Below, piece by piece: positions 1 to 13,176 of a stretch of DNA of 64,000 bases (position 1 is its first letter; each line of letters starts with the position of its first letter). A program made the position numbers and the translations under genes. The stretch is from contig NC_045697.1 of NCBI RefSeq assembly GCF_009834535.1, positions 36,024,001 to 36,088,000 of the forward strand, written 5' to 3'. The notes beneath the pieces are model-generated. The model did not search any database and had not been told where the DNA came from. It saw nothing but the letters and a program-made list of their open reading frames with translations. The stretch is from Camelus ferus (lineage: Eukaryota).

Positions 1-905
1 CTGAGATTTGATTTTGACGGGACCCACTTTACTGATGGGCAAAACCTTCAGTGGTTATAGTGGTCTCGGTGGCAGCCATGGCGGAGAAGGTGAATGAATG
101 TGGGTGTGATGGAAGTGGCAGGTGCTACAATGCCTTTGGCAATTATAATAATCTTCAAATTTTGTTTCAGGAAAGGACCAAAATGTTGGAGGCAGAAACT
201 CTGGCTCTTAGATGGTAATACGTCACTCTTCTGGCAAAACCACAAGAGCCAGTTGGCTCCGGGCAGTGGCAGGAGCCACAGTAGGCGCGGACATGCATCA
301 GTGCTGGAAGACGAGCCCTGGCAGGGGTGGAGAGCAGAAGTGACAGGGCACTAGCTGCTCCTCAGTCGGGGCTGACGGCCATCCTGTGTGCGCTCCGTGG
401 CAGCCAGGGCCCCTTCTGATGGGTCATTCTAATTGCTTAGGTCTTGTGCCATAAGATTGATCAATATTTCCTGTGCCACTCCTGGCTAAAACAGATTTAT
501 GAATTCAGCCAAGCAGTACTTGGCCCTCGATGCAAAATTTTAGAGTGGGCCCCCTCAGGCCAAGGACCCTGAAGTAACCCCAAGTGTTCCTCCTTCGGGG
601 CCTGTCATTTTATTGGACGGCATGTCCTACAGGGCTCCCAAATGGCCCTGGCTCAGAAGCAGTCCCAGAATCAGAGACTCAGAGTCATGAGGAGACCTTA
701 GAAATGTTCTAATCCATCAACCTTATTTGACAGAAGGGAAAAGTGAAGTGCAGAGAGGTAGAGGGTCTGGTCCAAGGTTACCACACTGGTCAATGGAACC
801 AGATTCCATGTCTCTTTATGTTCAGACCTCTTTCATCTCAACTTATCTCTGTGTTGTGATATTGGGGATTATCATTCTCTTCAGATTCAAATTAAAACTA
901 AAGGC

Positions 906-1467
906 TGTACCAGTTGGATTGCACTTGACAGCAACCACTTAAATGAAAGAACATTCATTACTATTTACCTACAGAAAGTCTGGAGGGAGGTGATTTCATT
1001 CTTTTTTTTATTCTTTCATGGCCTCAAAGTTATCTACAAAGAGCCAGGCTTCTGCATTGCCATCGAGTTGGCTTTTTATCCCCATGCTTGTTGCCGTATG
1101 ATCACAAAATGGCTGCCACAGCTCCAGGCATTTTGTCTTCATACCAGTGTTTCAAGCAGAAAAGAATGGGGAGGGACAAAACTATATTTATTTTTATCTA
1201 GTTAGAAGGTGATTCCCAAAAGCTCCCTTAGAAGACCTCCTCTCCTTATATCTCATTGGCCACTTCTTGTGGCAGGGGAGCCTAGGGCAGTAAATATCTA
1301 GCAGAGGAAAACAGGATAGTTAGGGTTGGCTTAGACCAATCATGATGCATTCTTTGGGGCTGGGCACATTTCTACCAAGAACAAAATAGGCTCTTGTTGG
1401 TTAGGAAAAAAAGGATGATGAGGGAAGGGGATGGTTTCCAGAGGCAGCCTAGAGTGTCTGCCACAGA
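906..1467 (-). mobile_element. MaLR LTR (MLT1L-like)
   Basis: CAAAATGGCTGCCACAGCTCCAGGCAT...TCTCATTGGCC...GTCTGCCACA hallmarks. Confidence 0.55.
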
Positions 1468-1479
1468 TTTCGTTACACA

Positions 1480-1685
1480 TGGTGGAGGAAATGGAGGCTC
1501 TGGGTTAAAAAAGACCAGGGTTCAAATCCTAGCTCTTCTGTTTACCAGCTGGGTGACTGTGGCTAAGTTCTTTAGTCTCTCTAGGACTCATTATTTTTAA
1601 CTTTAAAATGTAAATAATATAAATAATGTATGTACTGCCTGACACACAGTAGGGGCCCAGCAAATTGTATCTATTATTATTACTA
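1480..1685 (+). mobile_element. MIR SINE
   Basis: AGACCAGGGTTCAAATCCTAGCTCT...CTGGGTGACTGTGGCTAAGTT...TGCCTGACACACAGTAG. Confidence 0.65.
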
Positions 1686-2134
1686 ATAATACTCCATTAA
1701 GGACTTTCTCATAATTTCAAGTATTCACATCCTCACCAGTCTTTGAGGTAGGGAACATACAGTAATTCCTTTGATTAACCTAAGGTCACATGGGAAGCAG
1801 GTGGTAGAGGTGGAACTTAGACCTGGAGATACAAACATCTCTACCCTTGCCCTAAGCCCTCCCCATGATGCTTTGATTGTGCAGTGCATGTGGGCCAGTC
1901 ATTGGAAATGAAAGCCCTTTCAGAAACGCCATCTAATTCCCATTTACTTCTGTCTTCCTAAAAGCAAGCAAGAGAAACAGAAAGCTTCCAGGACTCTAGG
2001 ACAGCGTACCCTGGCCTGGGCAGGCCCTGTTCTATTTCAGTGTCATGAGCCAGGACTCATATAAGTCAAATAAGACCCCAGAAGAGACGGCTCATTTACA
2101 CATGGGGGGAAGCATGACTTGGAGATCTGCTCTT

Positions 2135-2665
2135 TGACCTGCCTGGCATTCATTTCCTAATCATAAGCAACCTGTTTTCACTCTTGGTCCCAGTGATTCG
2201 GTGGGGCTGACCTCACCCACTCTGCTCCAGGGCTGGGCAAGCGATCTACAGCCTGGCCAGTCAGCATTTTCTATCCTCCTGGCCAAGGTGATTGCTTTTG
2301 AGTTGGGAATGGAACCTAAGCTGGGCCAATGATACTCAATTATAGAACTTTTGCTGGAGCTACTGGGAAAGAGTTTTTCTCTTTGAGCTGAAAGTTGCGA
2401 GCTGTGTGGCTGAGGTAAGTCCAGAATTTCCAAGGACAGCTACCTGGCCAGAGCCCACCTGGGAAGGAGGACAGGTAAGAGAGAAGTTGGCCTGAGACCT
2501 GTGGACCAATGGATGCCTTCAGAGCCTGTGAACTCAGCCAGGCCTGAACCTACCAAGTCTACCTTTGGATTTTCCAGTTGCACAAGCCCAGAAATTCCAC
2601 TGTGAACCTTAAGCCAGTTTGAATTGAGTTTCTGTCATTTTTTTCAGCAAAACGTATCCTGACCA
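2135..2665 (+). mobile_element. MaLR LTR (MLT1K-like)
   Basis: CCTAAGCTGGGCCAATGA...TTAAGCCAGTTTGAATTGAGTTTCTGTCA. Confidence 0.6.
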
Positions 2666-5482
2666 CTTTGAAAAGAGAGATTCTTTTCCTATCTTCCCTA
2701 GATAAGACGAAAACTACTCATTTTCCTCCGCTCCTGAGAGGAGACCAGTCCTGCTCTCTCAGCTAAAGGCATCACGGATTATTCGTCAGCATCAAAGGCT
2801 GACACCATGATGACCCCATCTGTAACAATGACCCAAGGATCGAGGGATTTCAGTTTGAGTGGGGGGCAGCTGTAAGCAGAGGCTTTCTATGGGAAAAACT
2901 CAGGCTTTCTATTGCTTTGCTGACTCAGGCTTTCTATGGAAATCTCTCTTCATTGTTGTAAGCAACTAGACATCTGCTGTGACATTATGGCCAGCTTTCT
3001 ACTATATAAGCCATCAATGTGACATTAGTATTGAATTCCCCAAAGCATCCCTGAGCTCACTGGGTACCAGGCTTGTGACTGTTAGCTCCTGTTCAGTAAA
3101 TCATGCAGCCAACGAGAAGGAAAAGTTGAAATTTTGCAGAAATTAGGGCAAGGTAGTCCATAAATTTCTACTGACTTCACTTTTCTCACTCAAGTAAGTG
3201 TTTAATGAGGTAGAGAGAAAGGCATCATCACAGGTTTGGAATTATTCTCTGCCACCAGCCTTCCAGAGGGAGTAAAGCCAATTATTCCACAGCATAGGCT
3301 GGCGAATCAAGCCATTACAGGTGAGTGGTCTGTCTCCAGAGGGGCTGAATCTGTCTGGACTCGCGCTGACCTTTTATCATGGAAGGAGGGCAACCCCCCA
3401 GGGGCTTCGGAGAGGCTACTATGTAAGTCTAGCAACTGTCTATAAATGTGCTCTCACTGTCCCCTCTCCCTCTCCGGCACCTCTCCCCTGCAGCTCTCTC
3501 TGCATCTGTTCTAATGGGAGGACGGGAATTAGCTGGCCCAGTCCCTGGGGTCTGGCAGGAATTGCTTTGGGGCCGTGGACATCATATCTTGATCTTTGGT
3601 CATTCCATGCTCTTCCAACCTCCAACCTCAGCTGGCTGATTCCTCTTCCTAGACTTGCCTCTGGACCTGTATTCTCCTGCACTACAACAGTGCCTGGCAT
3701 AGGAGCCACGCAACCCAGGCTACCTTGACGCACAGCTCCAAAGGCCCCATTCATGTTTATTCTACATGGTGCTCCAGGGGTGCCATCTATGTAGGAAACA
3801 ACGTGAATGGAGCTCCCAGGAACTGGGCAACTCAGTGATTGCACTTGATATATTTTGTTGATGAATAGACAAATACATGAATAAATGAATGAATGAGTGA
3901 GTGAGTGAATCCTGGCTGGTCATGCTTTGCCTTCTCTCCTCAGACACCCAAGGTTCTCCTGTTTACTAGCTTGCCTTTAAATTGTATTCATAAATATTGG
4001 CTGGATGGTATCAGCCTATAGATTAATTCTGTTCCCATGTCTATCTATTCTCCATGTAAGTAATTTGATTGCTTCTTTTAGCTTCTGGACAAGTTCTGCT
4101 CCAGAAGCCAATTTTTTGTGTTCCTGGCCTTCGCCATCCTCCTTCTCTTATTTTGTGGTATACTCCCTCTCCCCTATTTTTCTGTTACTCCTGCTTGATC
4201 TCCCATGTGGATTTTTGCCCCTGGAGTGTCAAGGCACCAGGATCAGTGCTTTTAGTTCCTTGGTTTCTTGTGGAAAAACAAATGTCAGAAATGAACAATA
4301 ATTCAAATCAGTGATTGAACTGTGGTCCGTTTCTGACATTAGCTATGGTTGCAATGTTTCTTCCCTTATTTCCTTCGGTCCCTCACACTTTTTGGTTTTA
4401 GCAGATCCTGGGGTGCGTCTCTCTTGCCAACAGGCTCCAGAAAGGTTAGCTGGCTACTGTGAGAGCATCTCGTGCCTCCTGGAACCTTGGCATCCCCCAC
4501 TGAGTTTGGACACTAGAGAGTACCAAGACTCATGTATAAATACCCTGCCTTCCAGCTTCCAAATCCTCTGGTCATCTGGTAACATCTGACTCATCCAGTC
4601 CGAGTCCCCACTCCATTCTGGCATGATTCCTTCTGTCGGTGCAGCCTCTCCCCCAACCCCAAAGATGCCACTTTCATTCCTCCTTCAAATGCACCCTCTC
4701 ATTCAAATCTCCCTCATTCTACAGGGCCTGGCTCATCTTCCAGCTCTTTGAAGATATCTCCTATGGCCACTCCAGCCCTACTGATCTTCCTCTTTCTCCT
4801 TAAGGACAACTTGACATGCTTTTTATGCATCGCAGTATATTATCCATTCTTTCCTCGGTAAATCTTGCCTTCCTAACTAGGCCATACATTCCTTGGGAGC
4901 AGGGATCATGCCAAATTTTTTCAGTGACCTCCCATACACGTTGATTTAAACAAATAAACGTTAACCGATCCTACTTCATAGTTAAATACCTAGTGTTTCT
5001 GGGGTATCTTTTTTTTTAACATTTGAAAAGGCACCGACTTTTTTTTTTTTTAACTTTTCAGCATCACGTTGATGAGAACAATTGGACTGAGTCCGTTTGC
5101 TAGGGCTGCAGAGCAGACAAGAATACTTCCTCTAAACCCCTGCTGGAGCCTGTTACCTGTACATAACCGTCACATGGGAAGAACACAGGAAGCAATTGAA
5201 GGTCCTTGGATGATTAAGTGCTCAAGTAGGGCTGTGGTGTTTGTCAACAGCCACCAGCGTTCGGCAAATGTGCTGCTGGTTACTAAGCGCCGGGCCTGTT
5301 GTGAAGCTTTATCTCTGCTCTGAATGGGACTGGCGTCATGTGATACAAGGACAGAAGGCAGAAAAAGCAAAACACCAAGAAATAGATGAATGCCACACTT
5401 CCTTTTTAAAAGCACTTTGCAGAGTACTTGGCTTATGGCTGGAGTTAAATTGAATTTCACTCTGCAGATCCTGTTCTAAGTA

Positions 5483-5635
5483 CACTGTCCCTCGGTACTA
5501 GCAAGGGGTTGGTTCCAGATTTTGGCCCCTCAGTTACCAAAATCTGCGGATGCTTAAGTCCCTTATTTAAATAGTGTTTACAGTCTGCCCTCCGTTTCTG
5601 TGGGTTTTGCATCCATAGGTATGGAAGGCAGACTG
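5483..5635. mobile_element. TcMar-Tigger MITE (MER2/Tigger2-like)
   Basis: TA|CACTGTCCCTCGGTA...GGTTGGTTCCAG...ACCAAAATCTGCGGATGCTTAAGTCCCTTAT; terminal inverted-repeat hairpin at 5581-5635. Confidence 0.7.
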
Positions 5636-5962
5636 CAGTTTCTCTTTCAGGTCTTGAGACTTCTGGGCAAAATGAAGAGATGGTTGAACTGAATGCTCAA
5701 GTTACGTTCAAGAAATGATACTCTTTCCTCCTCCCACCCTGGGATAAGCTGAAACTCTTTGTTTTGGTGTTGCCTTTCTGATTAACCAGTCCTCAACTTT
5801 CTATATGCTGACCCTAAATTAACATGATAACATTCTGGTCAAATTCCAGTCCTGTAGCTGTGGTCAGGGAAATGCTCTGACCCTTGTGGGTTATATGAGA
5901 AGTCACTTTTTTTTAATATACGAAAAGTCATTTTTAACAACTGCAGCCCCTATCACACCACA

Positions 5963-5963
<1 letters not shown>

Positions 5964-6001
<38 letters not shown>
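5964..6001. repeat. (CA)19 microsatellite
   Basis: Read directly. Confidence 0.95.
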
Positions 6002-6004
<3 letters not shown>

Positions 6005-6199
6005 ACACAGAGCTTGGGACTCCAGCCTTTCCCCAGCCTCCTGCCCTCTTGCTCCTTGCATTTCACACTTTCCTTTCCCAATGCAAACCCTCTCCACCTG
6101 CAAGCTGCGTAGAAGATGGAGAAGTGAGATGAAGGCTGAGGACAGGGGTTGGGGAATGGGTGGGATATGGCCCCCGGGGAGCACCCTGAGAAGTAGGCA

Positions 6200-6453
6200 G
6201 CAGGCTGTGGCCGATGGGGCTCAGGAGTCAGACTGTCTGGGTTCAAACATTGCCTTTCCCACTTCCTACCTGTATCATCTTGAATAAACCGCTTAGCTTT
6301 TCTGGACCTGGAATTCATGGCAGTAAACAAAGAGACAACAGCATTAGCCTTGTCTTGTGGGTTTGTGGTAACAATTAACTGAGTCAATATGTATAGAGCA
6401 CTTGGAACAGCGCCTGGGACATGGTATGTGCTTAATCAGTATTTATTATCATT
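6200..6453 (+). mobile_element. MIR SINE
   Basis: GGAGTCAGACTGTCTGGGTTCAAA...AGAGCACTTGGAACAGCGCCTGGGACATGGTA. Confidence 0.75.
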
Positions 6454-9400
6454 GTTGGGGAAGGCACATGAGTCTGGAGCCAGGGGACCAGGATAAGACC
6501 CACACGAGTCAGACCATATCTGCTTATTCCTGCCCACAGTCAGCTCTGTTCATTAATTTTATTCAGCAGCTATTGAGACCTAGCACATACCAGGCATTTG
6601 TCAGGCACAGAGAAAACAGAGGTGGAAAGATGCTATGGTCCTTGCCCTTGTGAGCTTATGGTCCAGCCTGTCCCTGCACATCGTGGAAGCTGGCTGTGCA
6701 GCACGGTGGCCGGCCCCAGGAAGGTCCAGGAGTCACTCACCATTACTCTCCTTCCTTGTGGACATCCTTCTCACGTAAAATCCAGAGTCAGTCACTCATC
6801 CACATCCTAGACACACTCACTCCCTCTGCCCCCTGAGACGCCACGCCCCTTTCCCTGCTTCTGCTTCCCTGTACAGAATGTCGCTGCCTGAGCCACACAC
6901 ACTGTGTCCTGTTCTCACATCAGTCAGTCCTTTGGTTCCTGAAGCATTTTCTGTGGATGTGACCTGCCTGTTCTGTTCTCCTTGTGCCGTCCCCACCTCC
7001 ACCCTGTCGTTGCCCAGTCTACCCCTCAATCTGGGCCAGTGGCCTTAAGTCTGCTTCCTGAGACCCCAGCCAGCCGGCAGCAGCACGCACTCCATCTTCT
7101 CCCCACAGCCATGACCTCCAACTTACAAAGCCATCTTCTTGATCTGCCTCCCCGCATCCATGGAAAGAGTGAACCAGGACGAGCCAGTGCCTGGAGCAGC
7201 CTGGGAGCCTGCCTCCAAAGCCCATCTCTGTGTTCTCATCCCCACCCTCCCTGCACCCTCTCCGGTCCTGAGTCCCCTACTGTCCTCGTCCACACCTCTA
7301 GCTTCCTCAGTTTCCCTCTACTGCCTCCTTTCTCAGCGCACAGAAAACGCACAGATTCATTCATCCGTTCATTTCTTCACAAACACCTACTAAGTACTAG
7401 TGTGTGCTGTGCGCACACTTCTAGATTCTGGAGCTGGAGCAGTGAAGACACATCTCTACCCCCAAGGAGCTTACTCTGCAATGTGGAGAGTTGGACAATA
7501 AAGAAACAAATAGCTAGTGCCTCGGAGGTGAAGAACACAGCAAGCTGAAGCACTTGCCACTGGCCCTGGGCCCGGAAGTGAGCTGGGGAAGGAGGGTGGG
7601 GGTGGGGGTGGCGGGCTGGTCGGCCATGGAAGGGCCTCCTGTGGGTCAAGCTGCTTTGTAATGATGAGGGAGAAGCTGCTAAGGGGGTCCCTCAAGACGC
7701 TGCTTGTTTGATCTGTTGAGGAATTCCTCGAGCCGGCTGCTCCAGCATCACGGTCTGTAAATTGTTCTCTACCATGTTCTTAGGCTTGGAGTGCACTGTA
7801 ACCTTAGGGAGGCTGCCACATTCTGCCCTAAAATCACAGTGGGCCTGATTAATAAGCAGTGCACTAGCTCCTCTAAAAGAAATGATTCCATCTCTTGCCT
7901 GAAGATAGGGAGAGAGGAATGCCTCGGCTCTTGGCTGTAACTGCGTGTTTTGGCAAATAAGCACAAGATTTCAGTCTATCTCTTCAACTCAGCCCAGGTA
8001 AGGAGGGATTTGGAAGAGGCTTTGACTGGGTTGTAAATACATTACTTCTCAACAACTGATTAAGGGACAGTTCAGGCTGGAAAAATAAATCTGCTTCATT
8101 CTCATAATGAAGATATAAAAGTATTATATTTTTATAATTTACAGAGCACTTTCATATGCCTAAATTCATCAGATAGTCAACAGATGTATGGCACAAAATC
8201 TGTTATAACTTACTTACCATTGAGCTAAATATATTTTCTATTTAGCATTAGAATACACATCTTCTGCAAAAAAAATTAAGTTTTTTTTTCTTTCTGTTGT
8301 TATTATTTGCTTTTAGAGTCAATTAAGAATGGTCTCAAACTACACTGGGCTTTTTCCTATCTTGAAAAATGTAAGGTCCTGGAGCAGCTAACTTGACATT
8401 CCAAATGAATTAATAATGGACTTCACACCGCATTCCCAGCAGAGATGCCCCAGCATACCACTCCTCATGTTCCTCAGGTCTGGAATGTGTAATTCCTCTA
8501 CGAGCTACATTCTGCTGTGTGCAGCTCTATTTTGGGACTGAGTTGTTTCTTTATATAGAAACCAGTACCCTTGTCAAATCAAGCGAGTACATGAGTCATT
8601 TGTACAATTCCTAGAAGCGATCGCACCAAATTTTTCTCATCTGCTATCCATTTTCTTTTTTAATCAGAAGGGAAATGCATTAACAATACAAATACTTTGG
8701 TGAAAATCCTAAACTCTCATAGAGCACTGTTAGAATGAAAATGTTTTTTTGGCAGTGACTGAATTTCATGCTTGTTGAAGAAATGATCACATCACCATTT
8801 CCATTTTCACAAACCAAGTAACTTACATACCTCTGCTAACTTGGGGCCCCATTTCTATAAATCACACTCTGACTCATGATATTTTAGACACTCGTGGATG
8901 ACCTGAGCCAGTGGTGCTAATTAGGGCTTAGAAAGCGTTTGATGGTTACTGTGATTTTGAGAACCAGATAAAGCAATGAGAATCAGTGGCTTTGGTCCTC
9001 AGCAAGACTTCATTCCTCTGAATTCCACCATCCAGGTGATTTGGGGAATGAAGAGAAGTGAAGTTTGTTCTGTCTTCATGACATAGGTGGATATTTATGA
9101 AGAGTTTTGATTTTCTTTTAACTAAGGAGTTAAGGCTGCGGAAGAGAGGCTTTGTCTTCTGCGCACAGACAAATAAGGATGCCTAAAGTGTCCTTGGGTG
9201 ACCTTTTAAGCACCCCTAGGGGAAGTTAGAGGGCAAAGATTAGGTGTGTCCAATCTACTTAAGAATTTGGAACCAAAGGTTCTGCTTGACAATTGGCTCA
9301 GTTGCTCAAAATCTTTTTTAACCGTTTCTGCTTGTGCTTATCACCTGATCCGAGTATCTTGTCAAATTTCCCAAGAGCACTCATTCATGGAGGACCAATT

Positions 9401-10178
9401 CTTACCTCTCTCTGCTTCTTAGTCTTCTATATAAATGATGAGTTAGAGAGAAGGGGCAGGATCCTTGTAAGCTTGTAGGATTCTTCCCGCTGGAGAAAAG
9501 AAGAAGAAAATGATCTCAGGGAACATGAGCGCCGTTTAGTTGCAATATTGTCAGACCTTCCATTTCACCAAGGGAACTCCTAACAATAAATAACAGTATT
9601 TGTTAATAATGCAGTCAGGTCAGTTTCTAATGTTCAATGTGTTAAAAGTCCTTCGGAAAATGGGTGCAGTGAGTTTTCCTACTCTCCAGGAAAAGAGCAG
9701 AAATTCACTAGTTGTTCTAAGTCATGTTTAAAACTTGAATGTATTCTGAGTTATTGTCATCAGATTACTTATCATATTGGTCTTCTACATTCCCAGAAAA
9801 AGTGACAGGCTGTTAAGACTTACATCATTGAGAGGAGAAGAAAATCTCAGACTTTGCCCTGAATGAAAAGGAGAACTCTTTTCACCTTTTCTTTTACCAT
9901 CAGTTTATATGTTACATTAAAATAGAGAAAGAGGGTGGAGGAAACTTTCCAGAATAAGAAAGATAAAATCCGATACAGTAGCAAGGGACTATAATTGTAG
10001 AACACTAGTTCTTCTTTCTCCCTGAGTGTGGAAAGGGGGAGACTGTGGGCTATTTGCTACCATGGAAACCAACCAAGGTATGTGGCGGGGAGGGAAGGCC
10101 CATTAGAGGAACTTAAAGATCTACTTTTTTCAAAGTTAAAGTATTCTGGTCAATAGGTGATCTTTCTAATGGCAAGAG

Positions 10179-10180
<2 letters not shown>

Positions 10181-10234
<54 letters not shown>
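10181..10234. repeat. (GT)27 microsatellite
   Basis: Read directly. Confidence 0.95.
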
Positions 10235-10236
<2 letters not shown>

Positions 10237-10964
10237 CAGCGTGTGTGTCCTCTGTATTTAAGTTCCAAACTCCCTTCTCTCCTGCTTTGTCTTCTGAACC
10301 TAATGATTCTGTCTTTCAGTCCGGCCTCTACTAAAAAGAAGGTTGACAATTAAAAAAAAAATCATTGTGTCCCCACTGTGAACCAGGAAAGCTCTCTGGT
10401 GTGAAATGCACGGGACTGTAAGACATCCAACACACAATGCGTGGAGCCATCAGACAAAAACCCTCTATTATGTTTACTTCTATCTGTTGCTAGTTTCACA
10501 CCCAGAGAGCTCCTAGAAAATGAGCAGCTTAAAATGAATTCTATCCCCTCCTTAATCCAGACACTGCTTCTAAGCCATGGTTCTTTTTAATTTTTGAAAC
10601 TGAATGATAAAAGTGCTATTAAAAATCGTCCTCAGCAAAGAAGCAGGAGACACGCCTCCTGTGTTTTCTGTTCCTTTATACTTCCATGTCCCAGGAAGTA
10701 CCTTTCCTTTCCCTTACCAGTCCTTTGGGCCCTTCCAAACTACCATGGAAGGCAAAGGAGCAATGGACCAGATGTTTGGAAAGCTGGTGAGGACGTCAAA
10801 GTCTGTCTTTCAGGAAGGAGGCTATAGGAGAAAAGATACCAGCTCAGGATAAACGTGCTGCTGTGGATGGTGGGGCATTCCCATCACTGGAAGTATTCTT
10901 GATTAGGCTGAACAATCTCTCAGCAGGGATACTGTAGGAGAAAGTTGGACTAGATGCCCTATCC

Positions 10965-10984
10965 TATATATATATATATATATA
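10965..10984. repeat. (TA)10 microsatellite at the L1 tail
   Basis: Read directly. Confidence 0.9.
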
Positions 10985-11480
10985 TTTTAATAGACTATTT
11001 TTTTAGAGCAGTTTTAGATTCACAGCAACGTTGAGCAGAAGGCACAGACTTCCCATATGTAGCCCGTGCCCTCTCCATACACACAGCCTCCCCCATTATC
11101 AACATCCCTCATGAGAGTGGTGCATTTGTTACAACTGATGAATCTAAGGGTTTGGACAAATGTATGTATGTATGTATTAATGACATGTATGCCCCACTAT
11201 AATATCATACAGAGTAATTTCATTGACCTAAAAATCCTCTGTGCTTCACCTGTTCATCCCTCCAACCTTCCTCCCCATGGGCAACCACTGATCTTCTTAC
11301 TGTCATCTTAGTTTTGCCTTTTCTGGAATGTCGTACAGTTGGGATTATACAGTAAGTGACCTTTTCAGAGTGGCTTCTTTTACTTAGTAATATGCATTTA
11401 GGATTCCTCCATGGACTTTTGTGGCTTGATAGCTCATTTATATCATGTGCTGAATAGGCCATTGTCTGGATGTACAAGAT
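10985..11480 (-). mobile_element. L1 3' end (L1MC-like)
   Basis: TTTTAGAGCAGTTTTAGATTCACAGCAACG...GGCAACCACTGATCTT...TGGCTTCTTTTACTTAGTAATATGCATTTAGGATTCCTCCATG; matches recalled L1MC 3' consensus. Confidence 0.75.
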
Positions 11481-11699
11481 CCTTTCAGGGTGTGTGTTTA
11501 TTTCCATAGACTGCAGGACAGCACTGATAGGGTAGTCACAGGGTGAAATAAAAAGGAAGGGACAGCCCCACGGCTGTGATTTCCAGTGAAGGAGGCTGAG
11601 GTCAGATTTCTGAATGAGGGACGCTGCTAATACTGGGGTCAGTCTTGGTGTGGCTTGTGCAGAGACCACAACTCCACACAACCAGAATGTGTGAGGCCT

Positions 11700-12190
11700 T
11701 GTTCAGTAGAGGTGACAGAGATCCAACTCAAACTGGCATACTCTCAAAAGCAACTGTGTTGACTTCTGTAACTGAGAATTGTAAGGGGTGTCTGGATTTT
11801 CAGGTGTGGCTGAATGCAGGGCAGGAAAAGATGCCATCAGGGTCCTGGCCTCTCTGCCTTTCAACTGCTTTCTTCTGGGTTGGCTTCATTCTGAGCCTGA
11901 CTCCCCCACAAGGTGGCAGGATGGCTACCTGGGGCTCCTGGCTCACTTTCTACCAGCTGATTAACACCAGTGCAAGTGAAGAACCCCTTTCCCCAGCAAA
12001 ACTCTCTGGGAGGTATTTCACTGGCCCAGCCCTGAATGAATCCCTGTGGCTTACTGGTATCGACTCCTGGAATTAGGGATGGATGTCTCCCCACCACCAT
12101 CGCCAGAGCAACAGAAGAATGAAGCAGGAGAGGTTTCCAAAGCAAAATTGGGGTACTCTTATTAAAGAATGGAAAAATATCTGAGCAAGT
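11700..12190 (-). mobile_element. MaLR LTR (MLT1K-like)
   Basis: GTGACAGAGATCCAACTCAAACTGGC...GGTGGCAGGATGGCTACC...CCAAAGCAAAATTGGGGT. Confidence 0.55.
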
Positions 12191-12680
12191 AACATCAATA
12201 AATACTCCCTGTGCCAGGCTGTAGGAAAAGAGTTCTATAAAGCAGAGCTAAGTGTCAATACATAGTACAGAAAAGCAATGAAAATAGTGGTCTTGAACAG
12301 TGGTCTCAAAACAATCAACTGAAAAAGAACTTCATCATACTCTTTTATAATTGAAAATTAAATGACTGGCAGGGCCCAATCTCTCCTTTTCTGGGCTTTT
12401 ATGTTCTTTGGGATGGTGGAGAAGTGTGGAAGAAATGGTGAGTTCACACTCGGCCTTCTTTCCATTTCTAGTGTGTTAATGTTAACCAAAGAGGGAGAGA
12501 GCAAGAGAAAGCAGTTTAACCACTGCAGTGTTGCATCATAGGAGACTATCTCACTGTGAACATCCTGGATTTTATTTAAGGTATTCATCTTTTTCAGATT
12601 TTGGCTCTGTCCTTTATAGGACATATGGCCTTGGAGGAATTTTTAACGTGAAACTTTGTTTTCTCATTTATAAAACTGAA

Positions 12681-13176
12681 TGGTGGTGAATTACAGATGG
12701 CCACAAATTCTTTGACACTGCTCCCACCTAAAGGTGGGCTCTGTGCTCCTTGCCCTTTAATCTGGGTGGGCTCTGGCATGGACCAACAGATACAGCAGAC
12801 GTGATGCTGTGCCAGTTTCCATGCATGGGAGTAAAGAGACTGACAGCTTTCACTTCCTTTCTTAGAATACTCCTTCTAAGGGAAGCCATGCTGTGAGGAA
12901 GCCTGAGCCAACCACACTGGGAGGCAGGGTAGAGAGAGATGCTGGCTGGTCCCAGCTGTTCCAGCCATTCCATCTGAAAGGCAGATATGTCAGTGAAGAC
13001 TCCATCTCAGATGTGCCCAGATGAGGCTTCAGATGACTCCAGCTCCAGCTGCCATCAGACTGCAACAACACGAGAGACCCCAAGGGAACACTGCCCAGCT
13101 GAGCAGTCAGCCCACAGAACTGTGAGCCACGAAGGTTTCGGGTGGTTTACCAAGTAGCAATGGAAAACTGCAACAG
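12681..13176 (+). mobile_element. MaLR LTR (MLT1G/H-like)
   Basis: GATGGCCACAAATTCTTTGACACT...GCCATGCTGTGAGGAAGCC...CCCAGCTGAGCAGTCAGCCCACAGAACTGTGAG. Confidence 0.7.

Noticed and set aside
7585..7616. G-quadruplex-like G runs
   Set aside because: Common in GC-rich mammalian DNA and not linked to any identified functional feature here.
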